Source: Bacteroidales bacterium (GTDB lineage: Bacteria > Bacteroidota > Bacteroidia > Bacteroidales > NBLH01). From it: a stretch of DNA of 64,000 nucleotides. Shown here piece by piece: positions 1 to 9,595 of the stretch. The notes beneath the pieces were generated by a model. That model saw only the letters and a program-made list of their open reading frames with translations. It did not search any database and had not been told where the DNA came from. The DNA lies in the NCBI GenBank assembly GCA_050291445.1, contig JBNKJW010000052.1, forward strand, positions 1,430-65,429, read 5' to 3'. The position numbers and the translations under genes are program-made. Within the stretch, counting starts at the first letter, position 1. Each line of letters starts with the position of its first letter.

Positions 1-1308
1 TTAACTTTCATTTACAGCGTTTTTGATTATGGAATGGGAGTTCCTGATGGGAACCAGGGTTTTGACTGGCAGTCGGGAATTGACGACATTTCACTAAGAA
101 ATGATTATACATGGTATTTAAATACAAAAAATACAATTAGATTTGGAGGCCAGGCAACCCATCACACATTCCGTCCGGGGAAAATTTCACCCGTAAGCAG
201 CGAAAGTATCTTCCAAACCAGAGAACTTGACCATTCTTATGCATTTGAATACGGTATTTTTGCAGAAAATGAACAGAGAATTGGTGAAAAGCTTACTTTA
301 CGTTATGGACTAAGGTTGTCGGCTTATCAAAATTACGGGCCTTACACAAATTATATTTACGATAACAGCAAAATTGATGAATATGCAGTAAGTGATTCGA
401 TTATTTATAAAAGTGGGGACTTTTTTAATCTACAAACTGGTATTGAACCCAGGTTAAGTGTAAAATACGAGTTAGATAACTCAAGTTCTGTAAAACTAAG
501 TTATAACAGAATGTATCAATACCTGCATTTAACCACTAATACAATGGCCACCACCCCATTTGATATTTGGTTCCCCTCAACACCCAATGTGAAACCACGA
601 AAAGTTGATCAGGTGGCAGTTGGTTATTTCAGAAATTTTGATGAAAACACCTATGAAGCATCGATGGAAGTATACTATAAAAAAATGTACAACGAAATTG
701 ACTACGTTGATCATGCAGATCTTTTACTCAACCCTAAACTAGAAGGTGAACTGAGAATTGGAGACGCTTATTCATATGGTTTGGAGTTTATGCTCCGTAA
801 ACAGACTGGTAAGTTTACAGGTTGGCTAAGCTATACCTACTCAAGAGTTCTTAGAAAAATACCTGAAATAAACGATGGTAAAGAATACCCTGCTAATTAT
901 GATAAGCCCCATGATATTTCATTAGTATTATCCTACGACCTGACAGATCGGTTAAATCTTTCATTGTCGTGGTTTTATTCAACAGGAGCCGCAAGAACGT
1001 TGCCTATTGGCAGATTTGAGTATGGAAATACCGTTGTACCTATTTATGGTGAAAGAAATACTTCACGTCTGCCAGATTATCATAGAATGGATTTAGGCTT
1101 AACCTACAACTTTAGTGATGTTAAAAAGAATGGAAACCCAAAGTGGTTCCATAGCAGTCTAAACCTATCTATTTACAATATTTATAACAGGCATAATGCA
1201 TTTTCAACACGATTTAATCCAGATGATGAAAGCTGGTATAAAATGGATGGAACCAAAACATTCTTATTTAAAATTATTCCTTCAATTACCTATAATTTTC
1301 ACTTTTAA
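1..1308 (+). CDS. TonB-dependent receptor, C-terminal beta-barrel portion (5' end lies outside the window)
   Basis: Frame 1 is open from base 1 (no stop before the ATG at 34), so the gene is truncated by the window. It has an alternating beta-strand pattern rich in Y/G/N/S and a terminal aromatic end ...ITYNFHF typical of TonB-dependent barrels. A DUF4249-type lipoprotein gene follows, as is usual in Bacteroidota. Confidence 0.85.
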   Translation, partial: LTFIYSVFDYGMGVPDGNQGFDWQSGIDDISLRNDYTWYLNTKNTIRFGGQATHHTFRPGKISPVSSESIFQTRELDHSYAFEYGIFAENEQRIGEKLTLRYGLRLSAYQNYGPYTNYIYDNSKIDEYAVSDSIIYKSGDFFNLQTGIEPRLSVKYELDNSSSVKLSYNRMYQYLHLTTNTMATTPFDIWFPSTPNVKPRKVDQVAVGYFRNFDENTYEASMEVYYKKMYNEIDYVDHADLLLNPKLEGELRIGDAYSYGLEFMLRKQTGKFTGWLSYTYSRVLRKIPEINDGKEYPANYDKPHDISLVLSYDLTDRLNLSLSWFYSTGAARTLPIGRFEYGNTVVPIYGERNTSRLPDYHRMDLGLTYNFSDVKKNGNPKWFHSSLNLSIYNIYNRHNAFSTRFNPDDESWYKMDGTKTFLFKIIPSITYNFHF

Positions 1309-1325
1309 CATAAAAAAGCAGACAG

Positions 1326-2207
1326 ATGAAAAATATAATTATCTATTTAAGTTTTATAACGCTACTGGTTTTTGCTGCATGTGAAGAACCTATTGTTGTT
1401 GACCTTTCAGATGGTCATACGAACCAATTAGTGGTTGAAGGTTCAATTACAAACGAACACAAAATACACACTGTTACGTTGAGCCGAACTGCCGAATACT
1501 TGCTGAATGACAGAACCCCTAGCGAGTTAAATGCAAGCGTTTCAATTACTGATGGTGATACAATAATTAACCTGTATGATACTGACAATGATGGCACATA
1601 TGAAACAGAAAGGGAACTTGCTGGAAAACTAAATCATGTTTATACACTCAACATCCTATTAGACAATGGTCAACAACACTCTGCTGTTGATACATTATTT
1701 CCCGTTACTCCTTTAGATTCAATAAAATATCAATTCAAAAAAACGGATGAGCCCTTTAGTGAAGATCGTATTTATGCGATAAATATATATGTACAGGAAC
1801 CCCCGACACCAAATCAATATTATCAATGGGAACTGTATTTTGATGGCGTACATCAGACTGACACCATTAATACAAAAAGGTTTGAATCAGACCAAATTGT
1901 GAATGGGACCTATTTTGGTATAAGCGAAGATGGTATAGATTATGGAGGATGGACAGTATTTGAGATTGAGGAAGACAGGATTGAAAACGAAGAAACAGAA
2001 GTTAAACTGCAAATGTTATCAATGTCAAAAGAAAAATTCGATTTTTACCTAGGCATTATGTTGGAAACTGATTGGGGCGGATTTATGTTTAGTGGCCCTC
2101 CGGCCAATGTCCCAACAAATGTTACAAATGGGGCAATAGGCTTTTTCAGTGCATCAGCAGTTACCGAAAAAACTATTACAATAAAAAAAGCCGGAACTAC
2201 ACCATAA
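1326..2207 (+). CDS. DUF4249-like lipoprotein (partner of the upstream TonB-dependent receptor)
   Basis: Signal peptide with lipobox (LLVFAAC). The N-terminal block QLVVEGSITNEHKIHTVTLSRTAEY resembles the DUF4249 family. It lies 17 nt after the receptor gene. Confidence 0.7.
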   Translation: MKNIIIYLSFITLLVFAACEEPIVVDLSDGHTNQLVVEGSITNEHKIHTVTLSRTAEYLLNDRTPSELNASVSITDGDTIINLYDTDNDGTYETERELAGKLNHVYTLNILLDNGQQHSAVDTLFPVTPLDSIKYQFKKTDEPFSEDRIYAINIYVQEPPTPNQYYQWELYFDGVHQTDTINTKRFESDQIVNGTYFGISEDGIDYGGWTVFEIEEDRIENEETEVKLQMLSMSKEKFDFYLGIMLETDWGGFMFSGPPANVPTNVTNGAIGFFSASAVTEKTITIKKAGTTP

Positions 2208-2228
2208 AAAGGAATTAAATCAACCACA

Positions 2229-2266
2229 AAAAAATGGATGCCAGGATACCAGGCATCCATTTTTTA
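2229..2266 (+). terminator. Rho-independent terminator
   Basis: 9-bp stem ATGGATGCC (2234-2242) / GGCATCCAT (2252-2260) followed by a T-run at 2261-2265, directly after the stop at 2207. Confidence 0.6.
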
Positions 2267-2286
2267 TTGCTAGCTTTGTATAGAAC

Positions 2287-2859
2287 ATGCAACTCATTCC
2301 AAAAATATCGTTTCTGTTTTTTTCTTTATTTCTTTTTATTACATGTGCATGTATTAATACTGAATCAAATAATTCAACCCAGCAAGACCAAGCAATTATG
2401 GATGTTAAAGACCTAATAATAGATTTGAAATTAAGCCACAAAGAAACCAGCAAAGACTCTAATAATGAAACAATTACGATAAAATCTAACGCGCAAAAAC
2501 TTTTACTAAAAAAAGAATACAGCGGATTTAAAGCACCAGAAAACGAAACGGTTGAAAAGAACTTAGATAAAGAAAAGCTGAAGCTTATTTTTGATTATAT
2601 AAAAGAGCATCAATTGAATGTAAATTTAAAGGAGCTTAAAAAGACTGATGGAATTGGAATTTCGGGCTACCTAAAGTTTGAAATTTTTCAACCTGACACT
2701 ACTACTATTTTAATTGAAGGTAAAACCAACATTTGGGGCGCTGATGATTATGTAAAAAAAGAATGGGGCAAGAAATATGTTGAGTCAAGGACTAACATTA
2801 AAAACATAAAATACTTTGACAAAGCAAGAAGTTTTGTCAGGTTTGTTGAGGATTTATAA
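2287..2859 (+). CDS. hypothetical lipoprotein
   Basis: 190-aa ORF with a signal peptide and Cys lipobox (FLFITCAC). K/E-rich mature part. No family recognised. Confidence 0.55.
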   Translation: MQLIPKISFLFFSLFLFITCACINTESNNSTQQDQAIMDVKDLIIDLKLSHKETSKDSNNETITIKSNAQKLLLKKEYSGFKAPENETVEKNLDKEKLKLIFDYIKEHQLNVNLKELKKTDGIGISGYLKFEIFQPDTTTILIEGKTNIWGADDYVKKEWGKKYVESRTNIKNIKYFDKARSFVRFVEDL

Positions 2860-2864
2860 CGCTG

Positions 2865-4106
2865 TCAGGCTTCTTTTTTCCTTTTCTTCTTTTTCTTTTC
2901 AATAAATTCTTCATTTTTTTTCATCAGGCTTTTCCAGTCGTTATGGGTTTCCTGAGTATAATCAAGTGTTTTTAGGTATTCTTCTTTATTAATGTCTGCA
3001 ACAGTGATTTTTTTTCCAATAAAATCTTCAATTTCAAGCAGCATGCTTTTTTCTTCGGGGCTGCAAAAAGATACGGCTAGTCCTTTTTCACGGCCACGTC
3101 CTGTTCGTCCTACCCGGTGTACATAATTTTCAACTTGTTCAGGTAAATCATAATTAATAACATAGTCAACATTAGGTATGTCAATACCCCTGGCACTTAC
3201 ATCCGTAGCAATAAGCACTTTTACCTTCCCGCTTTTAAATTGCTCCATTACTTCAAAACGGTCTTTTTGTTCTTTATCACTATGAATAGTTAAGCTTTTT
3301 ATATGTACCCTTTCCATTGCTTTTAAAACCCTTTCTGCCCTGATTTTTGTCCGAACAAAAACAAGAATTTTACTCTCAGGGTTTTCATTTATTACCCTTT
3401 CAAGGAAAAAACGTTTATCATCCATTTTTATAAAAGCCACTGAATGGTTAATATTTTTCGAAACCGGGTCTTTTGGTGAAATTTGTATTCTAATTGGGTT
3501 TTTCACTAAAGAATAAGCCAGTTTTTTTATTTTTTCATTAATGGTGGCTGAGAAAAACAGGGTTTGATGCCTTGAAGGCAACTTTCGTTTTATATCCCTG
3601 ATATCTTTAATAAAGCCTAAATCAAGCATATGGTCGGCTTCATCAAGTATCAATATTTGAATTCGGTTTAGCTTAAGGTACCCCTGGCTTATTAAATCAA
3701 ACATACGCCCGGGTGTTGCAATCAATACATCAAGGTTGCTCTCCAAACGCTTTATTTGAGCATCTTGTTCAATGCCTCCTATCAGGCAAAATGACTTCAC
3801 CCTGGTATGTTGGCCAAGCTGTTCAAACACATCAGCAATTTGTTGAGCAAGCTCCCTGGTCGGAACCATTATTAAACATTTTATTCCATCTTTTCTATTC
3901 GTATTTTTGCTGCGATGTAATGCATCGATTACAGGTATAGCAAAAGCAGCGGTTTTTCCCGTTCCGGTTTGTGCAATTGCCAGAACATCTTCGCCTTTTA
4001 ATATTGGAGGTATTGATTTGTATTGAATATCAGTAGGTTTTCTAAATCCAAGTTTAGAAAGGTTCTTTTTAATTTCTGAGGATATATGATAATCTTCGAA
4101 TTTCAT
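2865..4106 (-). CDS. DEAD-box ATP-dependent RNA helicase (RhlE-like)
   Basis: Motif I AQTGTGKT, motif II DEAD (LILDEADHM), SAT (FFSAT), motif VI HRVGRTGRG, and a basic C-terminal tail KKKKKRKKEA. Confidence 0.93.
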   Translation of the reverse strand: MKFEDYHISSEIKKNLSKLGFRKPTDIQYKSIPPILKGEDVLAIAQTGTGKTAAFAIPVIDALHRSKNTNRKDGIKCLIMVPTRELAQQIADVFEQLGQHTRVKSFCLIGGIEQDAQIKRLESNLDVLIATPGRMFDLISQGYLKLNRIQILILDEADHMLDLGFIKDIRDIKRKLPSRHQTLFFSATINEKIKKLAYSLVKNPIRIQISPKDPVSKNINHSVAFIKMDDKRFFLERVINENPESKILVFVRTKIRAERVLKAMERVHIKSLTIHSDKEQKDRFEVMEQFKSGKVKVLIATDVSARGIDIPNVDYVINYDLPEQVENYVHRVGRTGRGREKGLAVSFCSPEEKSMLLEIEDFIGKKITVADINKEEYLKTLDYTQETHNDWKSLMKKNEEFIEKKKKKRKKEA

Positions 4107-4237
4107 CCTAAATAATATAAATGTAAAAAAGAATTATGGTTGCAAAGATACATTGTAATTATTGCTTTTTAAAAGTTTGATAACTAATTAATTTACGCTA
4201 CCTTTCAGATTCATAAAGAACCTGTAAACTGCAAAGT

Positions 4238-5179
4238 ATGGACTATCAGGATATGTTTAAACAGAAATTTATAGGAACAGCTTTTAAACTTACTTTTGCC
4301 AGTTGGTTTAAGATTACACTTGCTTATTTCATAGTTTATCTATTAACTATGGCAATCACCATATTTGCTTTAAGCTCAGTTTTGCCCGGGTTTAATCCAC
4401 TGTTGTTGGCTTCTGGAAGTAGCAGACTAATGACTATTAGTTCAATTCCTATGGGACTGTTTTCCTCAGTTTTGCAGGTTGTTGCAGTTTTCTCAGGTTT
4501 TTTAATTGTTAGTTTGCTTTTAGCATCCTGGTATTACAATTTTGGTTTTACAGCTGTGCATCTAAAGGTTTCAGGAATTAAAGCCAATTTTGGAAAGGTG
4601 TTTATTAAGTCATTTAGCATTGATGTATTTAAAATTTTATTGATTAACCTGGTTTATTTTGTATTTACTTTTATAACCTTATTCAGTGTTTTTTATTCAA
4701 TGCGAATTTCATCCTGGACAATCATCCCCATTTCACTCATTTACACTTTTATACTTTTAAAAACAATATTAACAATGCCAGTTTATGTAATTGGTCGAAA
4801 AGGTTTTGCAGAATCATTTAATTTTAGTTTTACCAATATCACAAGTTTGCGTGTTCTCAAAATTTTACTTGCAATTATCGTTTTATTTGTGGTGTTGTTC
4901 GGTGTTTCGTTTTTGTTGAATTTTTTACCGAACATTAAGCCAATAGATTTATCCACAATTATAATTTTGATTGCTTCACAACAACTCGTTTCCATTATTG
5001 TTTATGGTTTTTTAGGTTCTTTATTTATTTCCAGTATATCAGGGCTCTATTATAGATATAATGGAGGTGCTAAAGTCATTAAAAATGAGAAGGTTGCAGT
5101 TGACAAAGAGATCCAGGAGACAGACAGTGATGATGATGAGCCCTATGATATGTCTAAGAATCTTTTTGCAGGATCTTAG
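4238..5179 (+). CDS. hypothetical polytopic membrane protein
   Basis: 313 aa with about 6-7 hydrophobic helices and an acidic C-terminal tail. No family recognised. Confidence 0.6.
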   Translation: MDYQDMFKQKFIGTAFKLTFASWFKITLAYFIVYLLTMAITIFALSSVLPGFNPLLLASGSSRLMTISSIPMGLFSSVLQVVAVFSGFLIVSLLLASWYYNFGFTAVHLKVSGIKANFGKVFIKSFSIDVFKILLINLVYFVFTFITLFSVFYSMRISSWTIIPISLIYTFILLKTILTMPVYVIGRKGFAESFNFSFTNITSLRVLKILLAIIVLFVVLFGVSFLLNFLPNIKPIDLSTIIILIASQQLVSIIVYGFLGSLFISSISGLYYRYNGGAKVIKNEKVAVDKEIQETDSDDDEPYDMSKNLFAGS

Positions 5180-5553
5180 TTTTTATAGCTAAGCATTAAT
5201 ACTACCCACCAAACTAGCAAACCCCAGAACCACAAAACACCAAGGTAAATATAGCTATTGTAATGCTGAATAAACATGTTAACCACCCCGGCAATTAAAA
5301 AGCCCAAACACCAAACCAATGAAGCAATAATATTGGCTGGCCAAACCCAATCGCCACTCCATTGGTTCATAGGCGGATATTTAAGCCGTAAGATGGGGGA
5401 AACAACAATATAAACAACTGCACCAACCATCCCCATACTAAAAAATGAAACAGCTAATGCAATTATAAATGCCCAAACAGACCAACTCATAAACTTTATA
5501 ATACCGATTGGAAATATGTAATATTTATTCTTCGGCATTATGCCTGGAATCAT
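5176..5553 (-). CDS. hypothetical small membrane protein
   Basis: W-rich protein with 4 hydrophobic helices. The track ORF starts at a TTG (5574); I prefer the first ATG (MIPGIMPK...) at 5553. Its stop codon overlaps the stop of the convergent gene at 5176-5179. Confidence 0.5.
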   Translation of the reverse strand: MIPGIMPKNKYYIFPIGIIKFMSWSVWAFIIALAVSFFSMGMVGAVVYIVVSPILRLKYPPMNQWSGDWVWPANIIASLVWCLGFLIAGVVNMFIQHYNSYIYLGVLWFWGLLVWWVVLMLSYKN

Positions 5554-5665
5554 ACATTTTATCCACCTGCACAACCATTACAATTTATATTTTGCCTCTT
5601 AGATGTAAGGCATAATTTGCTCAAAGATATCAAAACGCTTACTTTTGGGCTCAAAAAAAATAAAA

Positions 5666-6049
5666 ATGCCAATTGTAGAAATTAATATTGCCAAAGGGAA
5701 AGATAAAAACTTCCTGATTTCGTTAATGGATGAAACAATCAACAGCATTCAGGAAACGTTAAAACTGCCAGCGGATGATACAAACATAAGGTTGACTGAA
5801 TATGAAAAAGACTTTTTTAGGATGAAAGCACCTTACAAAATTATAATTGAGATAAAGATGTTTATGGGAAGAAGCAGCGAAGTAAAAAAACAACTGTTTA
5901 AAACCTTGGTCGGAAACATCCAAAAGAAATTATCTGTTGATCCTTCAGAAGTTTTTATTTTAATTAATGAAAACCCAAAAGAAAACTGGGGCATTAGGGG
6001 TGGTATTCAGGCAAGCGATATTGAACTTAATTATAATGTGGAGGTTTAA
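5666..6049 (+). CDS. tautomerase-family protein (4-OT/PptA-like)
   Basis: From the ATG at 5666 the protein begins MPIVEINIAKG..., that is Pro-1 after Met removal followed by a beta-strand, the hallmark of the tautomerase superfamily. The track start at 5645 is a TTG. Confidence 0.55.
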   Translation: MPIVEINIAKGKDKNFLISLMDETINSIQETLKLPADDTNIRLTEYEKDFFRMKAPYKIIIEIKMFMGRSSEVKKQLFKTLVGNIQKKLSVDPSEVFILINENPKENWGIRGGIQASDIELNYNVEV

Positions 6050-7139
6050 AGTGCTAAATTTTACAAAAGTTTCTTTCTTGCTCATGATTATTTTGCTCTC
6101 CATAGCAGGGTGCAGGGGCTACCGGATTGTGGTTGATGATTCATCAAGAGATGTGGTCAGTTTTAAAATTGACCAGGATAAAAGACAGTCGGCATTTAAA
6201 TTGATTGATGAGTTTGAGCAAAAGGTAGATGACAGCACTTATCACCAACAGTCTGTTTTAAAAAATGTAGGCATGCATGATGTGTTTGAAGATTTGCGTA
6301 CCATGCTTGATTACCCAAATTCAACTATACTTGGCAATTCGGGGCACTATTGCAGTGTGGCAACAGTAATTAACTGGCTATTAAACAATCAACCTGACAA
6401 ATATACCAAAGCAGTTCTCGATTTAACATACTATGGTAAAACAAACTTTGAAGGAGGAATAATAAAGGTGCCAGGAAAACTTTGTAAAAAAGTTGATTAT
6501 AACATTATTGACACAGTAGACTTTAAAATTATAAGAAAAGATATAGAAGCCACCAGTATTTCCGATTTTGTTTTAGGTGTATCATTAATGTACGCAGAAA
6601 AAGGGTTACAGCGAATTGGTATGATTAACCGACATGCTTTATTTAATAAGAAAAGACCAGGCGCCTTTGTATTTGCCATTACAGGCCCATGGGAATTAGA
6701 TGATTTATTTGAAAGAGTTGATGTTAAATTCGAAAAACAGGGCTTTTATTTAAGCGATAAAGAAAATATCGAGACTTTAAAAGCAATTGAAAAAGCTGTA
6801 AACAATGGGAAAATGCCTGTTATTTTCGACAATCACATAATTTCCTTCGGGCAGCGACAAAATGCATTATATGGCTACACAGGAACACATTATATCACCA
6901 TTCATTACATGAAGGTGGACTGGGAAAACGACGTTGTTGACTATTGCTACTGGGACTATGGCAGGGTGAAAAATAATCCATTCAAAACAAGAACCATTAA
7001 GGCAAAACCGGCCAACACAATTTCCGGAACAGTGCGAAAAGTTGAGCATTTTAAGAAAAAAAATGTTGTACAGAAAAGAACCATCACCACAAAAGAGTTT
7101 TTGAAAGCCATGAAAGGTTATTGGATACCTGAACAATGA
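6036..7139 (+). CDS. hypothetical lipoprotein, possible papain/C39-like cysteine peptidase fold
   Basis: The internal start MWRFKVLNFTKVSFLLMIILLSIAGC gives a signal peptide plus lipobox. Candidate Cys...His...Asp arrangement: GNSGHYCSVATVINWLL, then GTHYITIHYMKVDWENDVVDY. The fold assignment is inference only. Confidence 0.5.
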   Translation: MWRFKVLNFTKVSFLLMIILLSIAGCRGYRIVVDDSSRDVVSFKIDQDKRQSAFKLIDEFEQKVDDSTYHQQSVLKNVGMHDVFEDLRTMLDYPNSTILGNSGHYCSVATVINWLLNNQPDKYTKAVLDLTYYGKTNFEGGIIKVPGKLCKKVDYNIIDTVDFKIIRKDIEATSISDFVLGVSLMYAEKGLQRIGMINRHALFNKKRPGAFVFAITGPWELDDLFERVDVKFEKQGFYLSDKENIETLKAIEKAVNNGKMPVIFDNHIISFGQRQNALYGYTGTHYITIHYMKVDWENDVVDYCYWDYGRVKNNPFKTRTIKAKPANTISGTVRKVEHFKKKNVVQKRTITTKEFLKAMKGYWIPEQ

Positions 7140-7142
7140 GCT

Positions 7143-7451
7143 AAAAAGCTGAAAATTGAAGACCAGGAATTCGATATACTAATCAACCTTACCACCATAC
7201 CGGGCCCATGCAGGTTAAGCTGCGATGAATGCTTCGCCTATTAAAAAGGGGCAATAAAACATCATAGTCAGGAGCTTAAAAAACATCTTGGTAATTTTGA
7301 TGTCTATGCCAAACGTTTCACTGAATTGCTTGAGGAACCAGTTTTTAACAACTATACCGATTTTAAGTTGATGCTGGAGTATTTTACTACTGTTGAGTGC
7401 CTGGGCTGTAGAAAAGAAAACTGCAACATTGGTTCATATTTATTATCTTAG
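7143..7451 (+). pseudogene. DUF3795-like cysteine-rich gene remnant (no start codon, in-frame TAA at 7242-7244, truncated 3' end)
   Basis: A single frame reads ...PGPCRLSCDECFAY*KGAIKHHSQELKKHLGNFDVYAKRFTELLEEPVFNNYTDFKLMLEYFTTVECLGCRKENCNIGS... The CxxxCxxCxxY start and later CxGCR resemble DUF3795 proteins. No ATG precedes the frame, which opens right after the TGA at 7137. Confidence 0.4.
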
Positions 7452-7471
7452 TAAGGTAATAAAAAACAAAA

Positions 7472-7879
7472 ATGAATAAATTTCAGAACCTAAAATTCAA
7501 CAATGTTGATGAATTTCTCGACTATTTACCTGAAAATGAAAGGAAGCTAGTTGAGGTTTTGAGAAATATCACCCTCAACAGCTTGCCCAATCCAGTTGAA
7601 AAACTGGCTTACAATGTACCTTATTACTATTTAAACTCCAGGGTTTGTTATATTTGGCCGGCATCAGTTCCTTGGGGAAATGTTAAGTTTAAAAGCGTGG
7701 CGCTTGGATTTTGCAACGGCTATTTGCTACACGATGACTTAAACTGGCTTGAAAAAGGAAGCCGCAAACAGGTTTATACTAAAACTTTCCAAAGCATTAA
7801 CGAAATCGAAACAGATATTGTAAAAACCTACCTTTTTGAGGCTGCCGAAGTAGACGAAAAGTTAAGGAAATTAACCTAA
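7472..7879 (+). CDS. DUF1801 (YdhG-like) domain protein
   Basis: 135 aa. N-terminal VDEFLDYLPENERKLVEVLRNITLNSLPNPVEKLAYNVPYY resembles the DUF1801 family. Confidence 0.65.
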   Translation: MNKFQNLKFNNVDEFLDYLPENERKLVEVLRNITLNSLPNPVEKLAYNVPYYYLNSRVCYIWPASVPWGNVKFKSVALGFCNGYLLHDDLNWLEKGSRKQVYTKTFQSINEIETDIVKTYLFEAAEVDEKLRKLT

Positions 7880-7912
7880 ACTGTGCAATTATTTTATGTC
7901 GAACTCAGGTTA

Positions 7913-9595
7913 TTATAATGGTTTTGCCAAAAGCACTATATCAAAATCTGTCACAAGTGAAACCATGCCATCTTTCACTTCAACTGATTTATTTGAGTAG
8001 TAATCTTTAAGGATCGTTCCATCTTCAAAAATTCCTTTTACCTGAACCTCTTTTTTCCCTTTTTCAAGATCCAAACCAACAACCACTTTATCTTCAAATT
8101 TCTCCGCTTTATAATTTCTTCTAAAATAATAAGGTGTTTCTGATATCATTTTATGAACGCCTGCTCCTACAGCCGGGTGCTCGTTTCTAAACTGACCAAG
8201 TTTTTGCCAGTGTGTTAGCACAGATGAGACCTCAACCCCACTAATGCTTGCATTGCTTTCAATTTCATCCCAGTTCATAAAAGTTCTTAGGTTGGCATCG
8301 CCATTGGCACCTTCTTTAACCAACAACCTGCTCGATTCATCGCCATAATAAACCTGGGCAACACCCGGACATAATAATAGCTTTGTGCCGGCTTCAATTG
8401 CTTTTTCGCGGTTTAAATCAAAGGGTTGACCATCATCGTGCGAACTAATGTAATTCATAACATGCTTGCCTCCTAAAGAATCCTGCATCTTTGCCGAATA
8501 ATAAGAAAACAATTCCTCCAATGATTTTTGTGCTGCATCGTATTTAAAGCCAAAATTTATCAGGCTGCTAAAGCCATAATCAAAATAATCAACTTTTCGG
8601 TCACCAAAATCGTAATTGCGGTTCGAATAAATATTGTAGCCATACAACTCGCCCACTACATAAAAATCATTATCGTCAATCACTGCTTCAGGATTGGCTT
8701 TTTTCCAGTCTTTAAACGCCAGCAAAGCTTCTTTGATTAAATCACCCCAAACCGATTCTTCAACATGCTTAACTGTGTCTATTCGGTAGCCATCAATTCC
8801 AAATTTACGGATAAAATCGGTCAGCCATTTGATAATATAATTCTTTGGAGCCCTTACCATGCCTGTCTTTTCAAAAAACGCATCCAATTCGGCTACTTCT
8901 TCCTCTAACCGTCCTTCTTTTTCCCATTTTTGCTTCAGGTGTTCCGGGAGTCCTACGGAGTCATTACTTTCAGTTCTAATATCCGGAAGATTTTTCACCA
9001 ACGTACAGGTCACCGCTGATTCGTAACCCTGATAGGTACATTGCGGTTTTGTTCTTACCCACTCTTCTGGCCAAACAGGATCATTTTCGGTTACCGGGCC
9101 AGTATGATTAACTACTACATCCAATAAAATTCTAATACCATTTTCATGTGCTACTTTTACTAATTCATGCATATCTTCCTCGGTACCAAAATTGGGGTCA
9201 ATAGCTGTCCAGTCTTTTGTCCAATAGCCATGATAGCCATACGTAACCCCCTGCCCTTCATCTACATAACCATGTATTTGTTCAACAATCGGTGTCAGCC
9301 AGATTGCATTTATTCCAAGTTGGGTAAAATAACCTTCCTTAATTTTTTTTGTGATTCCCTTAATATCGCCACCCATAAACTTTCGTAATTCTGAAGTTTC
9401 GGCAGTACGATTAAAGTTCGCATCATTACTTTTATCGCCGTTATAAAACCTGTCGGTCATTAAAAAATACACATTTGCATTTTCCCAAACAAAAGGAGCT
9501 TGTTTTTCTTCAGTTGTTTTTTCTTCTTGGGTTCCATCACCACACGCAAAAATGAAAAGCATGCTAAATGCTAGTAAAAATGACTTTTTCATCAT
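7913..9595 (-). CDS. alpha-amylase, glycoside hydrolase family 13 (lipoprotein)
   Basis: GH13 conserved regions are present: LDVVVNHTG, GIDGYRIDTVKHV, VVGELYG, YISSHDD. Signal peptide with Cys (LFIFACGDG). Confidence 0.92.
   Translation of the reverse strand: MMKKSFLLAFSMLFIFACGDGTQEEKTTEEKQAPFVWENANVYFLMTDRFYNGDKSNDANFNRTAETSELRKFMGGDIKGITKKIKEGYFTQLGINAIWLTPIVEQIHGYVDEGQGVTYGYHGYWTKDWTAIDPNFGTEEDMHELVKVAHENGIRILLDVVVNHTGPVTENDPVWPEEWVRTKPQCTYQGYESAVTCTLVKNLPDIRTESNDSVGLPEHLKQKWEKEGRLEEEVAELDAFFEKTGMVRAPKNYIIKWLTDFIRKFGIDGYRIDTVKHVEESVWGDLIKEALLAFKDWKKANPEAVIDDNDFYVVGELYGYNIYSNRNYDFGDRKVDYFDYGFSSLINFGFKYDAAQKSLEELFSYYSAKMQDSLGGKHVMNYISSHDDGQPFDLNREKAIEAGTKLLLCPGVAQVYYGDESSRLLVKEGANGDANLRTFMNWDEIESNASISGVEVSSVLTHWQKLGQFRNEHPAVGAGVHKMISETPYYFRRNYKAEKFEDKVVVGLDLEKGKKEVQVKGIFEDGTILKDYYSNKSVEVKDGMVSLVTDFDIVLLAKPL

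Noticed and set aside
5176-5179. Overlapping stop codons of convergent genes (TTAG read as TAG on plus and TAA on minus)
   Set aside because: The overlap is real but trivial. It implies only that there is no intergenic terminator between the two membrane-protein genes.
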